DNA from: an uncultured Gemmatimonadaceae bacterium
Lineage (GTDB): Bacteria > Gemmatimonadota > Gemmatimonadetes > Gemmatimonadales > Gemmatimonadaceae
Length of the DNA stretch: 64,000 nucleotides
Assembly: GCA_963781585.1 (NCBI GenBank)
Contig: CAWAGQ010000010.1
Span: forward strand, 224,001 to 288,000
Direction of reading: 5' to 3'
Below, in pieces: positions 50,482 through 58,924 of this stretch. The translations under genes and the position numbers were made by a program. The notes beneath the pieces are model-generated. The model was given only the letters and a program-made list of their open reading frames with translations, made no database searches and was not told the origin of the DNA. The number at the start of each line of letters is the position of its first letter. Position 1 is the first letter of the stretch.

Positions 50482-50922
50482 CTATGGCACCTCGTACCTC
50501 CTGGATACCTCCACCTGGTGGGAGACGTCGAGGTCTATGTAGTACCTGTAGTCTGGTGCCGTGAGGAGTGCACCATACGGGTCCGCCCAGTAGGCCGCGT
50601 ACCTTCCGCATGGCAGTTGGAGCCCGTCAATTGCCTGGGCGCCTATTGCGGAGGAGTCCTTCGCCGGTAGTCGCACGGGTATCGCGATTGACTCCATCTC
50701 CCGGTCTTTGACTCGAAGCGTGATTGCGAACCGCTGGCCATGGAGGCAACCGTCGAAACCGCCAATGTTAAACGGTATCAAGACGCCCGGCCTTGATCGG
50801 TCGTAGACCGGTGCGTCGATCGACGTGAAGCTGGGAACACCACGATCGGCTTCTTGAGCCAGTGCGTGGGCCTGCACGCTGACCAGCAGACCCACCGCGG
50901 AAGGGATGCTGAAGCGATTCAT
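50482..50922 (-). CDS. Secreted hypothetical protein, possibly FlgD Ig-like
   Basis: Signal peptide (AHALA-Q); IPFNIG..C, ITLRV, LPCGRYAAYW; AGGAG RBS. Confidence 0.6.
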   Translation of the reverse strand: MNRFSIPSAVGLLVSVQAHALAQEADRGVPSFTSIDAPVYDRSRPGVLIPFNIGGFDGCLHGQRFAITLRVKDREMESIAIPVRLPAKDSSAIGAQAIDGLQLPCGRYAAYWADPYGALLTAPDYRYYIDLDVSHQVEVSRRYEVP

Positions 50923-51026
50923 GGCCGCTCCTGCAAAGGTTCAAGTGGAGGGGAGTCGCGAAACGAGACTCAGGTGTCAGTGAGCTTCGCCGCAACGGGG
51001 GCTCAGTACTTTCGACAACATTACGT

Positions 51027-51362
51027 CTATTTCCGTTTAGGCAATAGGAAGCATTGGACCTGACCCGGTTTGCAGCGACGTGGGCCTGGCCGCGCCGCGT
51101 CCGCGGACTTCGCTGCGCGGCCGGTGTCGCCCGCGCGTGTGGAGCAGGCGGTGCCGGTGAGGGCAATAGCGGCGCCGGCGGCGATGCACCGGCCAACGAA
51201 GGTGCGGCGGTCGACGAGTGTCGGAGCCGAATGCGGAGCGCTGTCGACTGACGGCCGTGGGCTCTCGGCCGGAGAAAGCAGGGGATGGCGCGAAGCGTCA
51301 GACACTGTGTCCTGGGCGAAGGTGATGGTGCGGGGGACAGTCTTGGGCACGCCGTCAGGCAT
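51027..51362 (-). CDS. Possible short Tat (lipo)protein with a C-terminal Cys pair
   Basis: DRRTFV plus hydrophobic stretch plus GTAC; CKPGQVQC; start unclear. Confidence 0.35.
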   Translation of the reverse strand: MPDGVPKTVPRTITFAQDTVSDASRHPLLSPAESPRPSVDSAPHSAPTLVDRRTFVGRCIAAGAAIALTGTACSTRAGDTGRAAKSADAARPGPRRCKPGQVQCFLLPKRK

Positions 51363-51779
51363 GAAGGTGGGGACGATCACCGATCAGCGTTCAGCGAATC
51401 AGCGAGCGGCCATCGGTAGCCCGTAATCGCTGGTCGGCGGAGGTGCCCGGCGACGGCGGCGATAGCGTGACGACACCAACCGTCGGTCGGGTTGGGTGAG
51501 TTTGCCAGCCGTGGCGCCATCAGTTCGGGAGCGCCCCATGACGGCGTCCTTCAGGGAGTTTGCACGGGCACCACGTCGCCCCGTCCCGCTCGAGCGGACA
51601 CATGTTACGACATATATCACAACTGCACATGGGTGTCGGTCGTGGCCTGCGCCGTCCACCAGAATGGCGTGGCGATTCGCCTCAGGTCCGGCGATCGCTC
51701 AAGACGCCGCTCTGGTCTTGCGTGGTGAGGTGGTTCACCGGGCTCTGCAGTCGCAACATGGAATCCCGGCGCAGCACAG

Positions 51780-52596
51780 GTGCAGTTCGTCGACAGCGCA
51801 AGCGGTGGGCCGACGCTGGCCGTCTTCTGTGATTCTCCGGAGGCGGAGCGCAGCGTGCGTGCGTCGCTGGGGAGCGCGTGTTCGATGCGGCGTTGCGAGC
51901 AGTGGACCAACGTGGAGCAGTTGGCGCCCGCCGTCGACTGCGTGGTGGTCGTGGTGCCCTCGCTCAAGGACGATGCCGCAAGAGACCACCTCGAGGCGAT
52001 CAGGACTCATGCGCCGGAGACGCCGATCGTGGTGGTGGCGACGCGGGACGTGGAGAGTGCCGGCAATACCTCGACCGGTCCCGCGGACGCAGTGGTCTGG
52101 GTGACGGCGGTTCCCGGAGCAGCTATTCCCGGCGGTGGTCCGGGTCCTCAAGTACTCATACCTGGAGGCCGTTGCCCGCAACGTGCTGCGCGCGGGTTCG
52201 CTCCCGCGGGACGTGCGGCTCGCGATCGCTGCGGCGTGCCGGAGTCGTGCTCCGGTGAACTCCGTGGAGCGGCTGGCGAAGGAGTGCGGATTGCCGGTAC
52301 GGACGCTGTCCGATGTGCGGACGAGATCGGTATCAGGGAGGGTCACGCCGAAGGAGGTGCTGCGATGGATTCGACTCTTGCGAGCCGCGGCGCGAAAAAC
52401 GCCGTGGCGAAGTTGGGAGTCCATCGCGGTGGAGTGCGAGGTGGACGTGGACACGTTGCGGCGTGATGTGACGCAGGTGGCCGGCGTTTCACTCCGTGAC
52501 CTGAGCCTGGGAACGATCGAGGTGCTGCGCGAACGATTCCAGGATACGGTGCTTCGCCTCTTGGGAATTGGGTTCCCTCCGGGAAAAATGCGGTAA
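51780..52596 (+). pseudogene. Frameshifted receiver-like/AraC-like HTH regulator
   Basis: ORF from 51780 joins ORF 52135-52596 if one C is removed at 52113-52115; SVERLAKECGLPVRTLS, WIRLLRAA, SWESIAVEC. Confidence 0.65.
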
Positions 52597-52835
52597 ACTC
52601 GCCGTCTTTGCGGTTGCGGAAGGATCGGGAAGCTACGATCGTGGTTCGCGCTTTGACGAGCGGGTGAGATGACGTCAGGTAATGCACGCCGGCGTTGAAC
52701 CGTTGGTGGCGGACATTCAGCGGCGGGAGGCAGGGACGAGCAACGATGGAATGATGTGTAACGCTGCCAGCATGTGGATTGTGCACCCGCTGCACGCAAC
52801 GCTCGACGGCACAACATCAAAAGGAGATAGGGACG

Positions 52836-53051
52836 ATGAGAGGCGTTCTTAGACAAGCCTTGGCAATCTCCACCGTAGTGGGGGCCATTCCGCTTGCAGT
52901 TGCAAGAGCCGACGATCTCTGCTCTCAACATTGTGATCCAAACTTCGTCGCCTGCTGCTACGATAACAACACTCAGGTCTTCTGCTGCACCTATAGCGAA
53001 GCCCAGTGCTGCTTCGCTGATCTCCTTGGCTGTTGGACGGCTGCTTGCTAG
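52836..53051 (+). CDS. Secreted 10-Cys mini-protein, paralog 1 (71 aa)
   Basis: AAGGAG RBS; Sec signal ending ARA; mature DDLCSQHCDPNFVACCYDNNTQVFCCTYSEAQCCFADLLGCWTAAC. Confidence 0.9.
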   Translation: MRGVLRQALAISTVVGAIPLAVARADDLCSQHCDPNFVACCYDNNTQVFCCTYSEAQCCFADLLGCWTAAC

Positions 53052-53123
53052 GACGCCGCGCATTTGCCTTTGCCTCATCAGCGCTGGATGCAAGATGTGC
53101 GATCCATCGGGGGGGTGACAATA

Positions 53124-53339
53124 ATGAAAGCACATTTGCGGGCCATGCTGGCAATTGCCACGATCATGGGTGCCTTGCCGCTCACGGCAGCTGGAGCGGA
53201 CGACGACACGTGCTCGCAGCACTGCGACCCAGGTTATGTGGCATGCTGCCATTCAGGCGAAACCATCTGGTGCTGCTCGTATGCTGAAGCACAGTGTTGC
53301 TACGCGGACCCCGGGAGCTGTCATACGGCCGCCTGCTAG
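53124..53339 (+). CDS. Secreted 10-Cys mini-protein, paralog 2 (71 aa)
   Basis: Sec signal ending AGA; mature DDDTCSQHCDPGYVACCHSGETIWCCSYAEAQCCYADPGSCHTAAC. Confidence 0.9.
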   Translation: MKAHLRAMLAIATIMGALPLTAAGADDDTCSQHCDPGYVACCHSGETIWCCSYAEAQCCYADPGSCHTAAC

Positions 53340-53468
53340 ATCCTACTCGTACCCGAAAAACGGGTCTAACGAGTGGATGCGCGCAAACGACACGTAGCAT
53401 CGGGAAGGTCGCTCGACGGGCGATGTGTTGAATGAGAGCAAGGAGAGCCGATTGGTGGAGGGTCGGGA

Positions 53469-54185
53469 GTGCAATTTTCGCGACTAGGCGAGAAAGTCGT
53501 TACCAGCATTCTGGTCGTGTGCTGTGTAAACGTGACGCTCCTCTCCATACGGCAGCAGTTCTTCCGCTCACCGCCGCCGCCGCCGGGGCGACCGTCCCAG
53601 CCCGCAAGTGGCCGGCCACTCCCCCCAGGGCTGTCGCTTCGGGCCGGCGGACTTCGCCTCGGGCGCGTCGACGCGCCACTCCAGGTTGTCGAATTTGCCG
53701 ACTTCGAATGTCCGTTTTGCGCTGTGGCCGCTGGGGAACTGGAGGAAGTTTGGCGAAAGTACCCTTCGCGCATTTCGGTTGTATTTCGTCACATGCCAAT
53801 CGAGGCGCACCCGCATGCGCGTGACGCGGCACTCGCCGCTGAATGCGCCGGTGATCAAGGAGCCTTTGAGAAGTACTACTTCGCGCTATTCGCCAATTAT
53901 GCGAAACTGAATCGGCGCTCGTGGCGAGACTACGCGAAGCAATCGTCGGTGCCTGATCTCAATCGCTTCGATAGATGCTTGCGCGCGGGTCAATTCCGCG
54001 AGCGTATCGATGCTGACGTTGAGTTGGCCCGCAAGGTGGGCGTCGTGGGGACTCCAACGTGGATCGTGGGCGATTCGGTCTATGGAGGCGTCCCGTCGGT
54101 CGAACAAATAGAGGGCTGGCTCTTCAGCGTCGGTCGGGCCAGCGAGAGGCCGCGGACGGCAGCGGGGGCCGCAGCCTCGAGGTGA
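53469..54185 (+). CDS. Membrane-anchored DsbA-family thiol-disulfide oxidoreductase
   Basis: N-terminal TM; EFADFECPFC; cis-Pro loop GTPT; ECA...RCL second Cys pair. Confidence 0.9.
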   Translation: MQFSRLGEKVVTSILVVCCVNVTLLSIRQQFFRSPPPPPGRPSQPASGRPLPPGLSLRAGGLRLGRVDAPLQVVEFADFECPFCAVAAGELEEVWRKYPSRISVVFRHMPIEAHPHARDAALAAECAGDQGAFEKYYFALFANYAKLNRRSWRDYAKQSSVPDLNRFDRCLRAGQFRERIDADVELARKVGVVGTPTWIVGDSVYGGVPSVEQIEGWLFSVGRASERPRTAAGAAASR

Positions 54186-54222
54186 GGCACGTCAATCGAC
54201 TCACTACTTCAGGAGGATCTCC

Positions 54223-54438
54223 ATGAATCGAAGCGTACTCCGGCTTGCACTGGCGTTCGCCACTGTTGTCGGTGCCGCGCCCTTGGCGTCTGCGAGGGCC
54301 GACGATGACCTTTGCTCTCAACACTGCGATCCAGGATTCGTGGCGTGCTGCAACAACGGCTTCCAGTGGTGTTGCTCTTACACTCCAGCTCAGTGCTGCT
54401 ATGCCGACGGGATGGGTTGTCACACAGCAGCGTGTTGA
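54223..54438 (+). CDS. Secreted 10-Cys mini-protein, paralog 3 (71 aa)
   Basis: AGGAGG RBS; Sec signal ending ARA; mature DDDLCSQHCDPGFVACCNNGFQWCCSYTPAQCCYADGMGCHTAAC. Confidence 0.9.
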   Translation: MNRSVLRLALAFATVVGAAPLASARADDDLCSQHCDPGFVACCNNGFQWCCSYTPAQCCYADGMGCHTAAC

Positions 54439-54875
54439 CTCCTCGTCGAGGCGCAGCCCGCGAGGCCTGCCGTCCCAAGCGGCCTTTGCGGTCAGTAATT
54501 ATGGGTCTTCGGGGAAATGAGTGGGTGAATTTGATGGCATTTCGTCTTTGAGATGCGGCTCTTCACAGGGGAAATCACGCGTTGCGAAGTGTGGGGAGGG
54601 GTCTCAAGTTCGTGAGCAGTTTTCGACGGCCGCTCCAGTCTTGGGTGCGAAAGCTGACACCGTTCCGGCCTCGGGCCGAGGTGCGCCGGTTCCGCGGGGC
54701 ATCCGTGACCGGTGGCGCACCGCTCGCCGCGCTTTCCCAAGGGGAGAAATGGCAGCCCGCCGTCACACAACTCGTCCTATATTTCACGCGGTCGAGGACC
54801 GTAGGGTCTCTTCGCGGAGCCAGTCTCTTCCCCATCGGCCCTCCGATTCTTGGCAGCGCAAGGCTGCGATCGCGC

Positions 54876-55982
54876 ATGATGATTGCTCCATTCGCGCTCA
54901 GCATGTTGCACCTTTTCAGCTCGGTTGCGCTGGCACAGGCGAGCGCCATCCTCAAGCTCGGAGCGTTGGAGGGTCGACTGGACGCCGAGTTCAGTGGGAT
55001 CACCTCGATCAGGGAGCTCAAGGGCGGCCGAATCCTGATCACCGATGGGCGAGATGGGCGCGTCATGGTGGGCGACTTTGGCAGCGGGGGTGTTAGCCCC
55101 GTAGGGCGCATCGGCCGTGGTCCCGAGGAGTACGACGGCACGACCCTGCTGTTCGCGGTACGCGACGATTCAACGGTGATGTTCGATCTGTCGCGCCGAT
55201 GGATCGTATTTCATGACGAGCGCATCGTGGGTGCGGTTCGCCCTGACGATCCAATCGTTCGAGAGACGCGCGGCTTCATCCATGGCGCAGATTCGCTTGG
55301 TCACGTTCTTGTCAGTCGCAGCCTTGGTGATGCAACAGGGCAGCCCACCGGCTCGACCGACTCCGTGTATGCCATCCTGCTCGAGCGAAGCTCCGCGCGA
55401 GCGGAGACGGTCGCGGTGTTGCGCGCTGTCCCATCCGAGACTCGGACGGTGTCGCAAAACGGTGCTTCGATTACCACAAGAATGTTCAAACCATTCGCAA
55501 CGGGCGAAGCCGTCCACCTTTTTCCCGACGGCTGGATCGCAATCGCGCGACTCGACCCGTACCGTGTGGACTGGCGTTCGCTCGACGGTCGCGTCATACG
55601 TGGGGCGCCGCTTCCCAACGGGCAGCGCGAGCTCGCAGAGGTGGATCGGCGGGCCTTTCGAGAGGCCAACCCTACAAGACCGGGGCGTCCGCCGCTTTTT
55701 GATGTGGCGGATTTTCCGAAGCAGCTTCCGCCCTTCGAGTACCGGGCACCCGGGGATCCGGCCCTGTTCGCAGCGCCTGGTGGACGAGTGGTCGTACGAC
55801 GGACGGTGGCCGGCTCAATACCGACGAATAACTACGACGTCGTTGATCGAGTGCGGGGACTCATCGGCACCTTGGAGCTTCGCAAGCGGGAGCGGGTTGC
55901 GGGGTTCGGAGAAAACTGCATCTACGTCATATCGCGTGACGACAATGATGTCGAACGCATTCGGCGACATCACTGGCCATGA
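54876..55982 (+). CDS. Secreted beta-propeller-like protein, paralog of 19678..20805
   Basis: ELKGGRILITD, GRIGRGPEEY, DGWIAIARLDPYRVDWR, DDNDVERIRRHHWP; start approximate. Confidence 0.75.
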   Translation: MMIAPFALSMLHLFSSVALAQASAILKLGALEGRLDAEFSGITSIRELKGGRILITDGRDGRVMVGDFGSGGVSPVGRIGRGPEEYDGTTLLFAVRDDSTVMFDLSRRWIVFHDERIVGAVRPDDPIVRETRGFIHGADSLGHVLVSRSLGDATGQPTGSTDSVYAILLERSSARAETVAVLRAVPSETRTVSQNGASITTRMFKPFATGEAVHLFPDGWIAIARLDPYRVDWRSLDGRVIRGAPLPNGQRELAEVDRRAFREANPTRPGRPPLFDVADFPKQLPPFEYRAPGDPALFAAPGGRVVVRRTVAGSIPTNNYDVVDRVRGLIGTLELRKRERVAGFGENCIYVISRDDNDVERIRRHHWP

Positions 55983-56067
55983 TGGCGCCGCTGATTCGAG
56001 GGCGCCAACTTCACACCTCACTGCCTCCGTAATCCTGCGTTGGCTCTGCGAGGGTGAGTCCCAGAGC

Positions 56068-56083
56068 TAGCTTAGCTAAGCTA
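56068..56083. other. Perfect 16-bp AT-rich palindrome
   Basis: TAGCTTAGCTAAGCTA, flanked by TCCCA/TGGGA. Confidence 0.8.
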
Positions 56084-56100
56084 ACAGTGGGAGACCCCCC

Positions 56101-56560
56101 GGCTCTGCCAGGCAGGGGAAGCGTTCGGCTTGGTCAAGTGCAGCGTATCGCGCCGCTTCATCCGGGCGAGTGCGCGCGCGCTCCGACAGCTCCAGGAGCG
56201 GCGGCACGATGATCGCGAATGGCTGGTGCTCGTCCTCGACGGAAAGACCTCCGCCCAGGACCAGCTGGTCGTCGCCTTGGGCGTCACCGCCACGGGGGAG
56301 AAGTGCATCCTGGCGCTCGTGCAGACGGCGACGGAGAACAAGCGGGTGTGTGCGGGCTTCCTGCGGGAGCTGGTCGAGCGGGGCGTGGCCCCAACGGGGT
56401 CGGCTCCTGGTGGTGGTCGACGGCGGGAAGGGCCTCTGCGCCGGCGTGGAGGAGGTGTACGTGGATCGCGCCGACGTGCAGCGTTGTCAGTGGCACAAGC
56501 GGGAGAACGTCGTGAGCTATCTGGCGAAGGGCGCGCAGGCGACGGTGGCGGGGGAAGCTG
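56101..56560 (+). mobile_element. IS256-family transposase remnant (truncated, frameshifted)
   Basis: VSRRF, VLDGK, VALGV...GEK, TEN; shifted frame gives LVVVDGGKGL and QRCQWHK; frameshift near 56400. Confidence 0.8.
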
Positions 56561-56583
56561 CAGGCCGGTCCACGCGCACTCTG

Positions 56584-56741
56584 GGCCATAGGCCACAAGC
56601 GTGGCGACGTGCAGCCCACAGGACGGAATCGGACACGCGAAGCTGGGACATCGCAGCCGAAGCGGCTACTGGCCTATGGCCTATGGCCTCCCTATGAACT
56701 CTGGCCCACGGCCCATAGCCTGGGACCAATGGCCTATGGCC
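56584..56741. repeat. GGCCATA/TATGGCC heptamer inverted-repeat cluster
   Basis: GGCCATAGGCC at 56584-56594; GGCCTATGGCC at 56671, 56678 and 56731. Confidence 0.7.
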
Positions 56742-56745
56742 GGAG

Positions 56746-58809
56746 TTAGCACGACACACATCGGTGGTGATTCGTCGCCCCGAGCTTTTCGAGTAGCGCG
56801 ATCGTCTCGGGGAACGGCCGCACGCGTTGCACGGGTCCGTTGGCCATGTCGACCGTAGTCCTCCCGTTTCTCGCCACCACCTTCGGGTCCGCTCCCTTCG
56901 ACACGAGATACAGGATCATCTCGTTGTCGCCCCGCGCGGCGGCGTGGTGCAGCGGCGTGTAGCCGGTCGGGTCGCGCTCGTTCACGTTCGCGTGGAGCTC
57001 CTCGACCAGGTACTTCATCGCCGGCATCCAGCCGTCGGGTGCGTGACGGTGCGAGTTGCCGGCGAAACCATTGCCGTACCCCACACCCGCTGCGGCGTGA
57101 ATGGGATACACGCCGATCCCGACCGGGGCATTGAGCGCGGCGGAGTCGAGCGGTATCGCGTTGGGATCCGGTCCCCGTCCACCACGACCACGTCCGCCAC
57201 CGCGGCCGCCGCCGGCGGCCCCCGGCGTGCGCTGGGACGGGATGTTCGGATCGGCGCCATACGACACCAGCAGCCGCATCGCGTCCACATCCACCGCGTA
57301 CGCGGCGCGCCAGAACGGAGTCGTCCCCTCGAGATTCTCCAGGCCGCAATTGGAGTTGCCGCAGTTGTTGTACGCGAAATACCACGGGTGGTGTCTGACG
57401 CGCACGTTCGGTTGTGCGCCCGCCTTGAGCAGCGCCGTCATGATGTCCAGGTATGACGTCTTCTGATTCTGGACGGCTTCCGGCTGCGGATAGCGGGACT
57501 TTGGCGCCCACTGGGTGTTGATGGCGGCGTAGAGCGGGGTGACGTTGGCAGTGCTGGCGATGTTCGGATTCGCCCCACGCTCTATGAGGCGCATCGCCAC
57601 ATCGAACTGGCCGTTGATGGCGGCGAGGAGCAACGGCGTGGTGCTGTCCGCGCCACTCACCTCGTTGATGTCGGCGCCGCCGTCGAGTAACGCCAGCACG
57701 GCATCGAGGCTGCCCTGCCTGACGGCGTGGTGGAGCGCCGAAAGCCCTCCCATGTCGCCGACGGTGGAGGCATAGCCGGCGACCTGGCCGTCGGTGGTGT
57801 CTTCTTCCGCTGCCTTCTCACCCGGTTTGGGCGGCGCGAGGAGCACCTTGCGTCCTTCGACGATAGCGTCCTGCACCTGTGCGGACGTGAATGGCCCCTT
57901 GGGTGGAGGCGGGCCGGCCGCTCCGCCGCGCCGTCCGCCCTGATTCGCGACACCGCCGTTGGGGACGCCGGCGGTCGGTGGCTCGGGGGTGGGTGGCGGT
58001 CCCGACGACGCAACGGCGCTCGACGTGGACGCCGTCGACATAGATGCCGCAGTCGCCGCCACCGTGGAGTCCGTCTTTGGCTGCGGTTCGAACGAGCGGA
58101 GGACGTCGTTCCGCCGTCTGGTGGCGGCCGCGTCCTCAACGGCCTGTTCGGGGAGGCTGATGGTCGTGGTGAGCAACGACGGGTCCGCGCCCCGTTTGAG
58201 GAGGACGCCGATAACGCCGGCGCGATCGGCTTCGGCGGCGAAGATCAATGGGGTCTGTCCCCATTCGCGCTCGCGCGCGTTCGGGTCGGCGTGCCGGTCC
58301 AGCAGCGCGTTGACGGCGTCCACGCTCCCGGACGCCGCGGCGAAGTGCAGCGCCGTGGCGCCGCTCGCGGTCGTGGCGGTCGGATTGCTCCCCGCCTTGA
58401 GCAGCGCCCGGACCACCGGTCCGCTTCCAGACTTGCTGGCGATGTGCAGCGGCGTGTAGTTGCCGATGCGGGTCACCGCGCTCGGACGGGCGCCGGCCCG
58501 GATCAATTCGGCTGTCATCGCCGAATCGCCGTGTTCGGCGGCCCAGTGCAGGGCGGTCATGCCGTCGCCCTCGGCGAGGTTGACGTCCGCACCCTGCGCG
58601 ATGAGTCGTTTCACCTGGGAGAGGTCGCGCCACATCGCGGCGTCGGCGACGACCGACGGCGCACGGCTGGTGCGGACGTCGCGTCGGGCGGCCGCATCCC
58701 CGGTGCCGGCGCTCTGCGCGGCGAGGAGGCTCGGCGCCGCGATCATCATCGACACCCGGACGGCGGCGCCAAATGGAAGGTGTCGGACTGGTCGCCGGCT
58801 CGCGCTCAT
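56746..58809 (-). CDS. Secreted ankyrin repeat protein
   Basis: Many TALHWAA/TPLHIA/TPLIFAA repeats; start approximate. Confidence 0.9.
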   Translation of the reverse strand: MSASRRPVRHLPFGAAVRVSMMIAAPSLLAAQSAGTGDAAARRDVRTSRAPSVVADAAMWRDLSQVKRLIAQGADVNLAEGDGMTALHWAAEHGDSAMTAELIRAGARPSAVTRIGNYTPLHIASKSGSGPVVRALLKAGSNPTATTASGATALHFAAASGSVDAVNALLDRHADPNAREREWGQTPLIFAAEADRAGVIGVLLKRGADPSLLTTTISLPEQAVEDAAATRRRNDVLRSFEPQPKTDSTVAATAASMSTASTSSAVASSGPPPTPEPPTAGVPNGGVANQGGRRGGAAGPPPPKGPFTSAQVQDAIVEGRKVLLAPPKPGEKAAEEDTTDGQVAGYASTVGDMGGLSALHHAVRQGSLDAVLALLDGGADINEVSGADSTTPLLLAAINGQFDVAMRLIERGANPNIASTANVTPLYAAINTQWAPKSRYPQPEAVQNQKTSYLDIMTALLKAGAQPNVRVRHHPWYFAYNNCGNSNCGLENLEGTTPFWRAAYAVDVDAMRLLVSYGADPNIPSQRTPGAAGGGRGGGRGRGGRGPDPNAIPLDSAALNAPVGIGVYPIHAAAGVGYGNGFAGNSHRHAPDGWMPAMKYLVEELHANVNERDPTGYTPLHHAAARGDNEMILYLVSKGADPKVVARNGRTTVDMANGPVQRVRPFPETIALLEKLGATNHHRCVSC

Positions 58810-58924
58810 GCGTTGGTCCTCATGACGTGGGGCTTCACCGGTTCAATAGCGGCGCGGTGTATGCCGGCGCCGAGGTTCTGTCGTCCGCACCACCCGCTGC
58901 ATGCCGAGTGAAATCCGCGCCGCC

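Noticed and set aside
52836..54438. 10-Cys peptides as classical bacterial metallothioneins, ranthipeptides or lanthipeptides
   Set aside because: They carry Sec signal peptides and sit beside DsbA, with no modifying enzyme in the window; metal binding itself is not excluded
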